A DNA stretch of 64,000 bases from Myxococcota bacterium (lineage in GTDB: Bacteria > Myxococcota_A > UBA9160 > UBA4427). A program made the position numbers and the translations under genes. The DNA lies in the NCBI GenBank assembly GCA_036336835.1, contig JAYZFK010000082.1:6951-70950 (forward strand). Direction: 5' to 3'. Below the pieces are notes generated by a model that ran no database searches, had not been told where the DNA came from, and worked only from the letters and a program-made list of their open reading frames with translations. Below, piece by piece: positions 1 through 11,497 of the stretch; position 1 is the first letter of the stretch; every line of letters begins with the position of its first letter.

Positions 1-1488
1 CTCGGGGCTCGCCTCCCTCGCCTCGGCGAGCGTGATGCCGAGCACGTCGGGTACCAGCTTTGCGATCCGGTCCACCTCGCCAAACGGCATTCCGAGCACG
101 CGCCCCACATCGCGGATCGCCGCCTTGGCCTGCAGCGTTCCGAAGGTCGCGATCTGCGCCACCCGCATGTCGTCATAGCCGTTGCCGCCGTCGTATTTGT
201 CGGCGACATACCGGATCACCTGGTCGCGACCGCGCATGCAGAAATCGACGTCGATGTCCGGCATCGAGACGCGCTCTGGGTTGAGGAAGCGCTCGAAGAT
301 GATGTCGTACTCGATTGGATCGATGCCGGTGATGTCGAGGCTGTAGGCCACGAGGCTACCCGCCGACGAGCCGCGCCCGGGCCCGACGGGAATATCGTGG
401 CTCTTCGCGTAGTGGATGAAGTCGGCGACGATCAGGAAGTAGCCCGGAAATCCCATCGAGCGAATCACGCCCAGCTCGTGCTCGAGCCGGGCCGTGTACT
501 GCTCGTGGCGCGGGCTCACGAATGGCTCGTCGGGCTGCATGCCGAGCCGGCGGCGCAGTCCGGCGAACGCGTTCTCGACCAGTACGTCGTCGAGTTCCTT
601 GCCAGCGGGCACCTGGTATTCCGGCATGTGGTACTGGTCGAGCGGGATTTCGAGGTTGCAGCGCTCGGCGATTTCGAGCGTTGCGTCCACGGCCGACGGA
701 TGGTCGTGGAACAGCGCGTACATCTCCTCGCCGTCCTTGACGTAGAAGCCGCGGCCGTCGAAGCGGAAGCGCTTCGCGTCGTCGAGGTTCGAAGCGGTAC
801 CGATGCAGAGCAGAGCGTCGTGGTGCTCGTGATCGTGCTCCTGCAGATAGTGCGCGTCGTTGGTCGCGACCAGCGGGATCCCGAGATCGCTCGAGAGCTT
901 GACGAGCTCGGCGTTCACGGTGTCCTGCGCGGCAATTCCGTGGCGCTGGAGCTCGAGATAGTAGCGGTCGCCGAAGATCGACTTGAAGTCTTCCGCCAGC
1001 TGCCAGGCGCGATTCTGCTCGCCGTGCAGGATCGCGCGAGGAACGGGCGCCGACAGGCAGCCCGATGTGCAGATCAGACCTTCCTGATGCTGGCGCAGCA
1101 GGTCGAGATCGATGCGCGGCTTGTAGTAGAAGCCTTCGAGATAGCCTAGCGAGACCAGCTTCATCAGGTTGTGGTAGCCGGTCTCGTTCATCGCCAGCAG
1201 CAACAGATGGTTGATGGCGTCGAAGCCGCCCTCGTCACGCTCGCGCCTCTCCTTGTCGAAACGCGAGCCGCCAGCCAGGTAGACCTCGCAGCCGATGATC
1301 GGTTTGACGCCAGCCGCGCGTGCCGATTCGTAGAAGTCGATCGTGCCGAACAGATTGCCGTGATCGGTCTGCGCCACTGCCGGCATACCCAGCGCGCGAG
1401 CGCGATCGAACAACGGCTTGTGCTTGATCGCACCGTCGAGCAGCGAATACTGCGTGTGCAGGTGGAGGTGAACGAACGGTTTCGACAC
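1..1488 (-). CDS. dnaE: DNA polymerase III alpha subunit, N-terminal part (gene runs off the window at its 3' end)
   Basis: My reverse-strand translation from GTG at 1488 reads [21 protein letters not shown]...DHGNLFG..., the PHP-domain start of DnaE. The frame stays open to position 1. The track does not list it because there is no stop in the window. Confidence 0.9.
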   Translation of the reverse strand, partial: MSKPFVHLHLHTQYSLLDGAIKHKPLFDRARALGMPAVAQTDHGNLFGTIDFYESARAAGVKPIIGCEVYLAGGSRFDKERRERDEGGFDAINHLLLLAMNETGYHNLMKLVSLGYLEGFYYKPRIDLDLLRQHQEGLICTSGCLSAPVPRAILHGEQNRAWQLAEDFKSIFGDRYYLELQRHGIAAQDTVNAELVKLSSDLGIPLVATNDAHYLQEHDHEHHDALLCIGTASNLDDAKRFRFDGRGFYVKDGEEMYALFHDHPSAVDATLEIAERCNLEIPLDQYHMPEYQVPAGKELDDVLVENAFAGLRRRLGMQPDEPFVSPRHEQYTARLEHELGVIRSMGFPGYFLIVADFIHYAKSHDIPVGPGRGSSAGSLVAYSLDITGIDPIEYDIIFERFLNPERVSMPDIDVDFCMRGRDQVIRYVADKYDGGNGYDDMRVAQIATFGTLQAKAAIRDVGRVLGMPFGEVDRIAKLVPDVLGITLAEAREASPE

Positions 1489-1499
1489 CCGCGACCGCC

Positions 1500-3077
1500 C
1501 TATTCCCACTCGATCGTCGCAGGAGGCTTGGACGAGATGTCGTAGACCACCCGGTTGATGCCTTCCACCTCATTGATGATCCGACTCGAGATGGTCGCCA
1601 GAACATCGTACGGGATGCGCGACCAGTCGGCCGTCATGGCATCGGTAGAACTCACACAGCGAAGCGCTACGGCGTTCTGGTAGGTGCGTTCGTCGCCCAT
1701 CACGCCGACGCTCTGGACCGGCAGGAAGACCACCAGCGCCTGCCAGATCTCGTCGTAGAGTCCGGCCCTCTCGATCTCCTCGCGCGCGATCGCGTCTGCG
1801 CGACGCAGCGGCGCGAGCTTTGCCTCCGTTACCTCGCCGAGCACGCGGATCGCCAGCCCGGGGCCGGGGAACGGGTGGCGCCCGACGGCACGCGGCGGTA
1901 GCTCGAGTTCGCGCCCAACGGCACGCACCTCGTCCTTGAACAGCTCGCGGAGCGGCTCGATCAGCTTGAGCCGCATCCGCTCGGGAAGGCCTCCCACGTT
2001 GTGGTGGGTCTTGATGGTGTCGGAAGGGCCCTTGACCGCAACGCTCTCGATCACGTCGGGGTAGAGGGTTCCCTGCACCAGAAAATCGGTGCCGCCCAGC
2101 TTGTCGGCCTCTTCCTCGAACACCTCGATGAACAGGTGTCCGATGATCCGGCGCTTTCGCTCCGGATCGTCGACGCCCTCGAGCGCCTTCAGGAAGCGCC
2201 CCGCGACCTCGACCACCACGAGCTTTACGCCGAGTGATTGGCGAAACAGCTGCTCGACCTCCTCGCTCTCGTTCTCTCGCATCAGACCGTGGTCGACGTA
2301 GATGCAGGTCAGCTGGTCACCGATCGCACGGTGCACCAGCGCCGCAGCGACCGTCGAATCGACTCCTCCCGAGAGCCCGCAGATCGCACGGCCGCTCCCC
2401 ACCTGCTTGCGAATGCGGTCGATCGTCGCATCGATGAAGCTCTGCATCGTCCACGACGGCCGGCAGCCGCAGATGCGGCGGACGAAGTTGCCCAGCAGCT
2501 CGCTGCCTCCCTCGCTGTGGTGCACCTCCGGGTGGAACTGCACGCCCCACACGTTGTGCTCGGGCCAGTGCACCGCGGCATTCGGCGAGCTGTCGCTGGC
2601 GGCGATCACCTCGAAGCCCGGCGGCAGGGCGAGAACCTTGTCGCCGTGGCTCATCCAGACCTTGCGGCGCTGACCTCCCGGCAGGCCCTCGAACAGTGGA
2701 TCGTCGCCGACGTGATCGAGCATTGCCGGCCCGAACTCCCGCGCTTCGCTGGCCTCGACCCGGCCGCCAAGCCGTGCAGCGAGCAGCTGCAGGCCGTAAC
2801 AGATGCCGAGCAGCGGCACGCCGAGCTCGATGATCCCGGGATCGAGATCCGGTGCGCCAGGCTCGTGCACACTCGCCGGCCCCCCGGACAAGATGATGCC
2901 GGCCGGCGCGAAGGCGCGGATCTCCTCGAGCGACATGTGGTAGGGCTGGATCTCGCAGTAGACCTGGTGTTCGCGCACGCGTCTCGCGATCAGCTGCGTC
3001 ACCTGCGAGCCGTAATCGAGGATCAGGATCTTGCTGCCTTCGGTGGGAGGCGACTCGGGCATCAGCAGTCCGGGCAC
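1500..3077 (-). CDS. guaA: GMP synthase (glutamine-hydrolysing)
   Basis: 525-aa ORF with a GATase-1 N-domain ([20 protein letters not shown]) and an ATP-PPase SGGVDS loop. C-terminus is PATIEWE. The start may be the second Met (3062). Confidence 0.95.
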   Translation of the reverse strand: MPGLLMPESPPTEGSKILILDYGSQVTQLIARRVREHQVYCEIQPYHMSLEEIRAFAPAGIILSGGPASVHEPGAPDLDPGIIELGVPLLGICYGLQLLAARLGGRVEASEAREFGPAMLDHVGDDPLFEGLPGGQRRKVWMSHGDKVLALPPGFEVIAASDSSPNAAVHWPEHNVWGVQFHPEVHHSEGGSELLGNFVRRICGCRPSWTMQSFIDATIDRIRKQVGSGRAICGLSGGVDSTVAAALVHRAIGDQLTCIYVDHGLMRENESEEVEQLFRQSLGVKLVVVEVAGRFLKALEGVDDPERKRRIIGHLFIEVFEEEADKLGGTDFLVQGTLYPDVIESVAVKGPSDTIKTHHNVGGLPERMRLKLIEPLRELFKDEVRAVGRELELPPRAVGRHPFPGPGLAIRVLGEVTEAKLAPLRRADAIAREEIERAGLYDEIWQALVVFLPVQSVGVMGDERTYQNAVALRCVSSTDAMTADWSRIPYDVLATISSRIINEVEGINRVVYDISSKPPATIEWE

Positions 3078-3171
3078 TCGAGCGCGCAGGCACGCCCAGT
3101 CAGCTTGGCACGCGCGAAGGCGCGCGCCGGATATTGGGTTCGTCGTCGGGAACGCGGGAGGGGGATCGAGA

Positions 3172-4804
<1,633 letters not shown>

Positions 4805-4866
4805 ATTCTCGACCCAGGAGACTTGAGTCGAACCGTCGACGGCGCAACAGCCGGGCGCGTGCGTCG

Positions 4867-6375
4867 CTAGCTGGCAAGAGCGCTCGACGACCACTCGCCG
4901 ATCAGCGAGTGCGGCGTGGCGTCGACGATCTCTACCGGGCCGATCGCACCCGGGGCAACCGGGCTTCCCGCGCCATCCAGATTGACGACCCGGTTGTAGG
5001 GGTCGCGACCGCACAGCTGGGAACCGCCCCGGCGGCTCGGGCCTTCGATCAGCACCGCGCTGCACTCACCCACGCGTCGCCGGTGATAGGCCAGGGTGAG
5101 TCGGCGCTGGAGCCCCTGGAGTCGCTCCAGCCGATCCTGTGCAACCTCGGCCGGCACCGCGTCGGTTACAGCGAGCTCGGCCGCCGCCGTTCCCGGCCGT
5201 GACGAGTACTTGAACGAGTAGTGGTCGACGAAGCGCACCCTCTCGACGAGCTCGAGCGTGTCCTGGAAGTCGTCGTCCGTCTCGCCGGGGAAGCCCACGA
5301 TCAAATCGCTGGTCAGCGCGATGTCGGGTCGCGCTGAGCGAAGCGCCTCCACGAGCTCGAGGAATGCCTCGCGGGTGTAGCGCCGCCGCATCGCCGCGAG
5401 CACCGCGTTCGAACCGCTCTGGAGCGGCAGGTGGACGTGTGGGCACAGGCTCTCGAGCTCGCCGTGGGCCCGAACCAGCGCGTCGTCGAAGAACGACGGG
5501 TGAGGGCTCGTGTAGCGGATGCGTTCGAGCCCGCTGATCGCATCGAGCTCGGCCAGCAGCGCGGCAAACGCCAGGGTGCCCGCGGCGGCGCTGTGGCCTC
5601 GGCGTCGGTCGTGGCGGCCATAGGCGTTGACCGTCTGGCCCAGCAGGGTCACCTCCCGGACTCCGCGATCCACCAGCGCGCGGGCCTCGCCAAGGATGTC
5701 GGCAGCGGGCCGACTCACCTCCCGTCCGCGGGTTCGCGGAACGATGCAGAAGCTGCAGAACATGTCACAGCCCTCCATCACCGTCAGAAAGGCGCGGCCG
5801 GGCGTGCTCTCAGCAGTTTGCGGCTGGCGAGCGGGCAGATCGAAGCGATCGAGAGACGTCGTTTCAGAGGTGTCCGCGCTTCGCTCGCCCCGTTCCGCCG
5901 CAGCGGCCATCAGCGCGACGTGCCGGATGTTGTGGGTCCCGAAGACGAAGTCCAGCTGCGGAAACCGCCCGAGCAGCGCGTCGCCGACCTGCTGGGCGAC
6001 GCAGCCACCGACGCCGAGCACACGACCCGGCGAGGCCGCTCGCCAGCCCTTGAGTCCGCCCAGATCGCTGTACAGGTGGTGCTCCGCCTTCTCGCGGATC
6101 GAGCAGGTGTTGATGATCAGGAGGTCCGCCTCGCCCTCGCTCGTGGCTGCCGCGTAGCCGGCGTGGTGAAGCAGATTCGCCAGCTTCTGCGAGTCGTGAA
6201 CATTCATCTGGCACCCGTAGGTGCGGATGGCGAAGCTGCGAGTTCCTTCCACGGCCGCCCCTCTGTCCAACGCGCCGGCCCCCGAGCCAGCGTCCGCCAA
6301 CCTACCCCGCTGGCGGCTCCGCCGCATGGCTGGGAGGCTCCGGGGAAGCCGAGGATTACCACGAGGGGTCGACAT
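4867..6375 (-). CDS. miaB: tRNA-2-methylthio-N6-dimethylallyladenosine synthase (radical SAM methylthiotransferase)
   Basis: IRTYGCQMNVHDS N-domain, radical-SAM CDMFCSFCIVP and a C-terminal TRAM region. The true start is uncertain; 6327 or 6252 are also possible. Confidence 0.9.
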   Translation of the reverse strand: MSTPRGNPRLPRSLPAMRRSRQRGRLADAGSGAGALDRGAAVEGTRSFAIRTYGCQMNVHDSQKLANLLHHAGYAAATSEGEADLLIINTCSIREKAEHHLYSDLGGLKGWRAASPGRVLGVGGCVAQQVGDALLGRFPQLDFVFGTHNIRHVALMAAAAERGERSADTSETTSLDRFDLPARQPQTAESTPGRAFLTVMEGCDMFCSFCIVPRTRGREVSRPAADILGEARALVDRGVREVTLLGQTVNAYGRHDRRRGHSAAAGTLAFAALLAELDAISGLERIRYTSPHPSFFDDALVRAHGELESLCPHVHLPLQSGSNAVLAAMRRRYTREAFLELVEALRSARPDIALTSDLIVGFPGETDDDFQDTLELVERVRFVDHYSFKYSSRPGTAAAELAVTDAVPAEVAQDRLERLQGLQRRLTLAYHRRRVGECSAVLIEGPSRRGGSQLCGRDPYNRVVNLDGAGSPVAPGAIGPVEIVDATPHSLIGEWSSSALAS

Positions 6376-6421
6376 TCAAGTATCTGAAATAACTAGCATT
6401 AATCAAACTTTAGAACGTGAG

Positions 6422-6451
6422 TTGACAAGACCCGCCCCCGCACCTCATACT
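6422..6451 (+). promoter_or_regulatory. Sigma-70-like promoter with no downstream CDS
   Basis: TTGACA (6422-6427), then an 18-nt spacer and CATACT (6446-6451). It sits in the only AT-richer patch of this intergenic region. Confidence 0.5.
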
Positions 6452-6457
6452 AGCCCT

Positions 6458-6647
6458 GCGGTAGCAAGACGGACCCTGGCAAGACGGAGATGCGACAGAC
6501 TCGGATAATTCCTGCAGGTTTCTGGAGCGGCGGCGGATTAGGCCATTTCTTCTAGAAATGTCCAACCTCTCACCCCCCATCATATGATCCGCCGCCCTCC
6601 GCCCTGTCACGCCCCGCCGGTGAGAACCGGCGGGGCGTTTCTCTTTC
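6458..6647 (+). ncRNA. Candidate small RNA of unknown family (about 190 nt)
   Basis: Bounded by the promoter above and a strong intrinsic terminator. Contains the direct repeat GCAAGACGGA at 6464-6473 and 6479-6488, and five GGA motifs between 6471 and 6537. A long helix pairs GGCGGCGGAT (6529-6538) with ATCCGCCGCC (6587-6596). No convincing ORF or RBS. Confidence 0.45.
6609..6647 (+). terminator. Rho-independent terminator, plus-strand orientation
   Basis: 12-bp GC-rich stem ACGCCCCGCCGG / CCGGCGGGGCGT with loop TGAGAA, followed by TTCTCTTTC. A T-tract is present only on the plus strand. Confidence 0.75.
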
Positions 6648-6714
6648 GAACGCACGCGCCGCCCATCCTGAGATAGGGGGTCGGTCGGCCTGCCGTCCGG
6701 GGGCTGGGCGGGAC

Positions 6715-8136
6715 TCAGAGGACGATGTCGTCGACGATGCGCGAGAGCTGTCGCAGGTTGCGGCACTCCTCGACGATGTCGCAGTAGGGCATGTAGCGAT
6801 CCATCACCGAGTCGCCGAAGCCCCAGGCGCTGGGACTCTCCGGGTTCAGCCACACCACATTCTTGGCCTTGGTCTGGATGTCGCGAACGCACCAGGCCTT
6901 CGGGTCGTTGTAGTTGTTGCGCGCGTCACCAAGGATCATGACGGTGGTCTTGTTGTCGATCGCCGACAGGTGGTTCTTCCAGAAGTGGTGGAAGGCGAAG
7001 CCGAAGTTGCTGCGCGTGTAGACGTTGATCACATCGGCACCGTCGAGCGCGCGATCGATCGCGGTCGAGACATCGCGATCCTGGAAGGTCTGTGTCACGT
7101 CGCCGAGCTCGGCCACGAACACGAACGCGCGGATCTTGGTGAACGCATCCTGGAGCTCGTAGCAGAACTGCAACATGAAGCGGGAGACATTGGCGACCGA
7201 GCTCGATACATCGCACAGGATCACCAGCTTCGGCCGCTCCTTGCGGCGCTGCTTGAACACCACTTCGAACGGGATGCCGCCGCGCGCCATGTTGCGCCGG
7301 AGCGTCGTGTGCAGATCGAGCTTGCCTCGCTTGAGCCGCTTGCGGCGGATCGAGAGGATGTTCTTGATGCGCTGCGCGAGCCGGTGTACTACCTCGCGCA
7401 TCCGCTGGATCTCGGCCTCGGTCAGGTGGTAGAAGCTCTTCTCCGTGAGCATCTCGCGGCGAAACTTCTCCATGTAGTCGTGGTTGCGCGTCTGCAGCTC
7501 GCGCTCGGTGAACTCGCGAACCGTGCGGCGGAGCGTCTCCATCAGCTTCTGGATCATGTTCCGCAGGCCCGCGACCTGCTCGTCCGACAAGCCCATCTCG
7601 GCCAGCCGTGCGGCAAGCTGCTCGAGCTCCTGGCCGGCGCCCTCCATGTCCATCTGCTCGAGCGTGCGGCGGGAGAAGAAGCCCACCTGCAGCATGTTCT
7701 CGATCCGCTCCATCCCGGCCTGCTCGGCGGCCTCGCGGATCATCTGCTCGAGGCTGGACAGGTCCTGGGTGAGCAGCGCCTTCGCCAGCTCGGAGAGGTC
7801 GAGGTCGCCGTCCTGCATCTGGCCGAGCAGCTCGGCCAGCTGGCGCAGCAGCTCGTCGGGATCGATGCCCAGCTGCGCCATGTCGGCGTTCAGCGCGCCG
7901 AAGCCCTGCTGCAGGCTGTCGTAGAAGCCGCTCCAGAACAGGTCGAACAGCTGGTCGTAGGTAGGGATCTCGTCGCCGCGCTTCACCATCGAGGCGCGCA
8001 GGGCGTCCTTGAAGATCTCCCGATCGTCGAGCGAGAGCTCGTCGAGCGACTCGAAGGCGTCGATCGCCTCTGCCACCGAGACGCGAACTCCGCTCTTGCG
8101 CAGCAGGTTCGTGAACTCGATGACCTTCGCCTGCAT
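6715..8136 (-). CDS. VWA domain-containing CoxE-like protein
   Basis: Starts MQAKVIEFTNLLRKSGVRVSVAEAIDAF. The C-terminal VWA/MIDAS region reads VILCDVSSSV. It lies directly downstream of a MoxR ATPase. The first 128 aa of the track ORF overlap the upstream gene and are Arg-rich junk. Confidence 0.85.
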   Translation of the reverse strand: MQAKVIEFTNLLRKSGVRVSVAEAIDAFESLDELSLDDREIFKDALRASMVKRGDEIPTYDQLFDLFWSGFYDSLQQGFGALNADMAQLGIDPDELLRQLAELLGQMQDGDLDLSELAKALLTQDLSSLEQMIREAAEQAGMERIENMLQVGFFSRRTLEQMDMEGAGQELEQLAARLAEMGLSDEQVAGLRNMIQKLMETLRRTVREFTERELQTRNHDYMEKFRREMLTEKSFYHLTEAEIQRMREVVHRLAQRIKNILSIRRKRLKRGKLDLHTTLRRNMARGGIPFEVVFKQRRKERPKLVILCDVSSSVANVSRFMLQFCYELQDAFTKIRAFVFVAELGDVTQTFQDRDVSTAIDRALDGADVINVYTRSNFGFAFHHFWKNHLSAIDNKTTVMILGDARNNYNDPKAWCVRDIQTKAKNVVWLNPESPSAWGFGDSVMDRYMPYCDIVEECRNLRQLSRIVDDIVL

Positions 8137-8138
8137 GC

Positions 8139-9134
8139 TCAATGCAGCACGCCCTTCTTCACCGCGCCGGGCGAAGCCTTGGGCGCCTCCTCTCCTTGGG
8201 GGCCCTCGGCCTCGACGTGCGTGGTCTTCTTCTCGATCAGCTTGCCGAGCTCGCTTTGTGCCTTCTTGACGTCGCCCTCGTACTTCAGGATCACGTTCAG
8301 GGTGTCCGTCACCACCTCCTCGTCGAGGTCGCCCGCGTTGAGTGCCAGCAGCGCCCTCGTCCAGTCGAGCGTCTCGCTGATCGAGGGCCGCTTCTTGAGG
8401 TCGAGCTCGCGGATCTTGTTGATCAGCTTGACCACGTCCTGGGCGAGACGCTGCTCGATGCCGGGCACCTTGGCGTCGAGAATGCTCAGCTCGAGCTCGG
8501 GCGTGGGGTAGTCGATCCACAGGTGCAGGCAGCGACGCTTGAGCGCGTCGCTCATCTCGCGGGCGTCGTTCGAGGTGAGGAAGACCAGCGGCACCCGGTT
8601 CGCCTTGAATGTGCCGATTTCAGGCACTGTGATCTGGAAGTCCGAGAGTATCTCGAGCAGGAAGGCCTCGAACTCGGGATCCGATTTGTCGACCTCGTCG
8701 ATCAGAAGCAGCGTCGGCTCCGCGGCGGTGATCGCCTTCATCAGCGGCCTAGCCACGATGAAGCGATCGGAGAAGAAGACCGTGTCCTCGCGGCCGACCC
8801 GGTCGGCGGCCTCGGCCATGGTCTTCGCGTCCTGCATCGCCTCGGCGAACTTGTCCTTCAGGATCTGGGTGTAGAGCAGCTGCTTGCTGTACTCCCACTC
8901 GTACAGGGCCTTGGCCTCGTCGAGCCCCTCGTAGCACTGCAGCCGGATCAGCTGCTGGCCGAGCGCCTGAGCGACGACCTTGGCGAGCTCGGTCTTGCCG
9001 ACGCCCGCGGGCCCTTCGACGAGCACCGGCTTCTCGAGCTGCTGCGCCAGGTAGACCACTGTCGCGACATTCTTGTCGCAGATGTAGCCCTGGTCTCCCA
9101 GGCGAGTAATGACGTCATCCACGGAAGCGAACAT
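8139..9134 (-). CDS. MoxR-family AAA+ ATPase (CoxD-like)
   Basis: MFASVDDVITRLGDQGY start with RBS GGAGA upstream. Walker A GPAGVGKTE and Walker B LLLIDEVDK. The N-terminal 152 aa of the track ORF are rejected. Confidence 0.9.
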   Translation of the reverse strand: MFASVDDVITRLGDQGYICDKNVATVVYLAQQLEKPVLVEGPAGVGKTELAKVVAQALGQQLIRLQCYEGLDEAKALYEWEYSKQLLYTQILKDKFAEAMQDAKTMAEAADRVGREDTVFFSDRFIVARPLMKAITAAEPTLLLIDEVDKSDPEFEAFLLEILSDFQITVPEIGTFKANRVPLVFLTSNDAREMSDALKRRCLHLWIDYPTPELELSILDAKVPGIEQRLAQDVVKLINKIRELDLKKRPSISETLDWTRALLALNAGDLDEEVVTDTLNVILKYEGDVKKAQSELGKLIEKKTTHVEAEGPQGEEAPKASPGAVKKGVLH

Positions 9135-9148
9135 GCGGTCTCCTAGAG

Positions 9149-10429
9149 CTAGCTCATCAGATTGAGGACGTGCCCGAGCTTCGCCTTCTTGGTACGGAGA
9201 TAATCGAGGTTGTTCTCGTTGGGCGCGATCTCGAGCGAGACACGCTCGACGATCCTCAATCCGTAGCCTTCGATTCCGGCGCGCTTGCCGGGATTGTTGG
9301 TGACCATGCGCATCTTTCGCACTCCGAGATGGACCAGGATCTGGGTTCCGACCCCGTAGTCGCGCAAATCGGCCGCAAAGCCGAGCCGGTGGTTGGCCTC
9401 GACGGTGTCGAGCCCCTCGGTGTCCTGGAGCCCATAGGCGCGGATCTTGTTCTTGAGCCCGATGCCCCGGCCTTCCTGGCGCATGTAGAGCAGCACGCCC
9501 TTGCCGGCTTCGTTGATCATCTTGAGCGCGGCGTCGAGCTGCTCGCCGCAGTCGCAGCGCCGCGAGCCGAAGGCATCGCCGGTCAGGCACTCGCTATGCA
9601 CGCGCACCAGCACGGCATCGTCCGCGTCCCATGCGCCCTTCACCAGGGCCACGTGGTCGACGTGATCGATGTCGTTCTCGTAGACGATGGCGCGGAAGTC
9701 GCCCTGCGATGTGGGCATCGTCGCCTCGGCGGCCGGCCAGACCAGCCGCTCGTTGCGCAGCCGGTACTCGACCAGATCCTTGATCGTCACGATCTTGAGC
9801 CCGTGCTGCCTGCCGTATTGGACCAGATCGGGCATACGGGCCATGGTGCCGTCGTCGTTCATCACTTCGCAGATCACGCCAGCGGGCTTGTGTCCGGCGA
9901 GACGGGCGAGATCGACCGAGCCCTCCGTCTGCCCGACGCGGCGCAAGACACCGCCCTCTCGCGCGCGCAGCGGGAAGATGTGGCCGGGCCGCGACAGATC
10001 GGCCGGCGTTGCATCGTCTGCAATTGCGGTCTGGATGGTGTGTGCGCGGTCGGCGGCGGAAATTCCCGTGGTCACTCCGTGCCGGGCCTCGATCGAGATC
10101 GTGAAGGCCGTGCCGTGGTTGGCGCTGTTCTCGTGGTCGGGGACCATCATCTCGAGCTTCAGCTGGCGCATTCGCTCTTCGGTCAACGTCAGGCAGATCA
10201 GCCCGCGTCCCTCCCGGGCCATGAAGTTGATGGCCTCGGGCGTGACCATCTCGGCGGACATGCAGAGATCGCCCTCGTTCTCGCGGTCCTCGTCATCGAC
10301 CAGGACCACCATCTTTCCCGCACGGATATCCTCGAGCGCGTCCTCGATCGAGGAAAGGGCGGAGCCAGGAGCGCCCGCCGGGGCGCGCAGCGCTGTCTCC
10401 CGTGAAGCCCCGGTGTCGTCGATTGCCAT
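9149..10429 (-). CDS. ribBA: Bifunctional 3,4-dihydroxy-2-butanone-4-phosphate synthase / GTP cyclohydrolase II
   Basis: DHBP synthase region ([31 protein letters not shown]) followed by GCH-II ([20 protein letters not shown]). ATG at 10429 is preceded by GGAGG. Confidence 0.95.
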   Translation of the reverse strand: MAIDDTGASRETALRAPAGAPGSALSSIEDALEDIRAGKMVVLVDDEDRENEGDLCMSAEMVTPEAINFMAREGRGLICLTLTEERMRQLKLEMMVPDHENSANHGTAFTISIEARHGVTTGISAADRAHTIQTAIADDATPADLSRPGHIFPLRAREGGVLRRVGQTEGSVDLARLAGHKPAGVICEVMNDDGTMARMPDLVQYGRQHGLKIVTIKDLVEYRLRNERLVWPAAEATMPTSQGDFRAIVYENDIDHVDHVALVKGAWDADDAVLVRVHSECLTGDAFGSRRCDCGEQLDAALKMINEAGKGVLLYMRQEGRGIGLKNKIRAYGLQDTEGLDTVEANHRLGFAADLRDYGVGTQILVHLGVRKMRMVTNNPGKRAGIEGYGLRIVERVSLEIAPNENNLDYLRTKKAKLGHVLNLMS

Positions 10430-10616
10430 CAAACCTCCCCGTCGGAACCTCGAAGCCGGCCGGGCCAGTGGGTTCCCAAGGGCGCGCGTAGTTGCGGATC
10501 GATTCGCCGCTGTGTCGACCGGAAGATCTCGAACAGGAGGCTCTCTGAGAGCGATGACCGCAGGCTAGCCGGCCGCCGCACGGTCCAGCGCCTACAGGAT
10601 CCCAGTCGATCCAGCG

Positions 10617-10645
10617 ACTCTAAACGGACCCCACCCGACTGTCAA
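10617..10645 (-). promoter_or_regulatory. Sigma-70-like promoter for ribBA
   Basis: The minus strand reads TTGACA (10645-10640), a 17-nt spacer, then TAGAGT (10622-10617). This predicts a leader of about 180 nt. Confidence 0.5.
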
Positions 10646-10677
10646 TCAGCCGGGCGGTGAGCTGCGGGATAGAACGC

Positions 10678-11343
10678 TCAGGCGCGCGGGGGCTTACCGG
10701 GGAAGTTGCGCATCACGCCCTTGAGGAAGTCCTCTTCCGAGAGCGCGAACTTGGTGGCAAACGCGTGCTTCTCGTCGAGGCTCCGGTAGAGCTGGCTCAT
10801 CAGGGATCGGAAGGTCTCGAGAACACCCTCGCCTCGCGTGGCGACTGCCGGGAAGGTCGGGATGCCCTGCCAGGCGTTCTTGATGTCCTGGAGCGGCTTG
10901 ATCTCGGGCAGATCGCGCTTGTTGAATTGCACGACCTTGGGAATGCGGCCGAAATCGAACCCGTTCGCCTTGAGGTTCGCCTCCATGTCGCGCCACGAGT
11001 AGGCGTTGGCGCTCACCGACGAGGTCTGCGAGTCGGCGATGAAGGCCACGGCATCGGACCCCGCCAGTACGACCTTGCGGGTCGATTTGTGCATGACCTG
11101 GCCCGGGACGGTGAACAGCTTGACCTTGATCGCGAAGCCGCCCGCGACCTCGAACTCGACCGGCAGGAAGTCGAAGTAGAGCGTGCGGTCGTCCTTGGTA
11201 TCGAGCGTCAGCATCTTCCCGCGGGTCGAGGCGTCCATCAGCTCGTGGAGCATCACCAGGTTGGTGGTCTTCCCGGAGAGGGCTGGACCGTAGTAGACCA
11301 CCTTCACGGTGATCTCCTTTGTCGACATGTTGATCTGGACCAT
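10678..11343 (-). CDS. mglA: MglA-type Ras-like small GTPase
   Basis: MVQINMSTKEITVKVVYYGPALSGKTTN (P-loop), DDRTLYFDF (switch 1), FTVPGQV (switch 2) and NKRD. Collinear with Myxococcus MglA as I recall it. RBS GGGAGGA lies upstream of the ATG at 11343. Confidence 0.85.
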   Translation of the reverse strand: MVQINMSTKEITVKVVYYGPALSGKTTNLVMLHELMDASTRGKMLTLDTKDDRTLYFDFLPVEFEVAGGFAIKVKLFTVPGQVMHKSTRKVVLAGSDAVAFIADSQTSSVSANAYSWRDMEANLKANGFDFGRIPKVVQFNKRDLPEIKPLQDIKNAWQGIPTFPAVATRGEGVLETFRSLMSQLYRSLDEKHAFATKFALSEEDFLKGVMRNFPGKPPRA

Positions 11344-11497
11344 CGCCGTCCTCCCGGAGCCCACCGCGTGGCGCGGGGGCGCCTCCCTGGCATCGGCTGC
11401 CGGCGCGCCGAAGTGAAGCCAGGATTGCCGGTGGCACCTCCGGCTCGGCCAGAGACCCACTTCCGCTGCGAACGGAAACGGCGGTTTCGCAGCGGGC

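Noticed and set aside
6491-6556. 21-codon ORF (MRQTRIIPAGFWSGGGLGHFF) inside the candidate sRNA.
   Set aside because: The GGAG abuts the ATG with no spacer, the ORF is very short, and the peptide is featureless. The non-coding interpretation is preferred, but this is not proven.
10430-10612. A canonical FMN (RFN) riboswitch upstream of ribBA.
   Set aside because: The position is right. But reading the leader on the coding strand, I found none of the conserved core strings (GGUGAAAUUCC, ACCGGCGGU, CCGACGGU, AGUCCGGAUG). It is kept only as an unexplained long leader in the findings.
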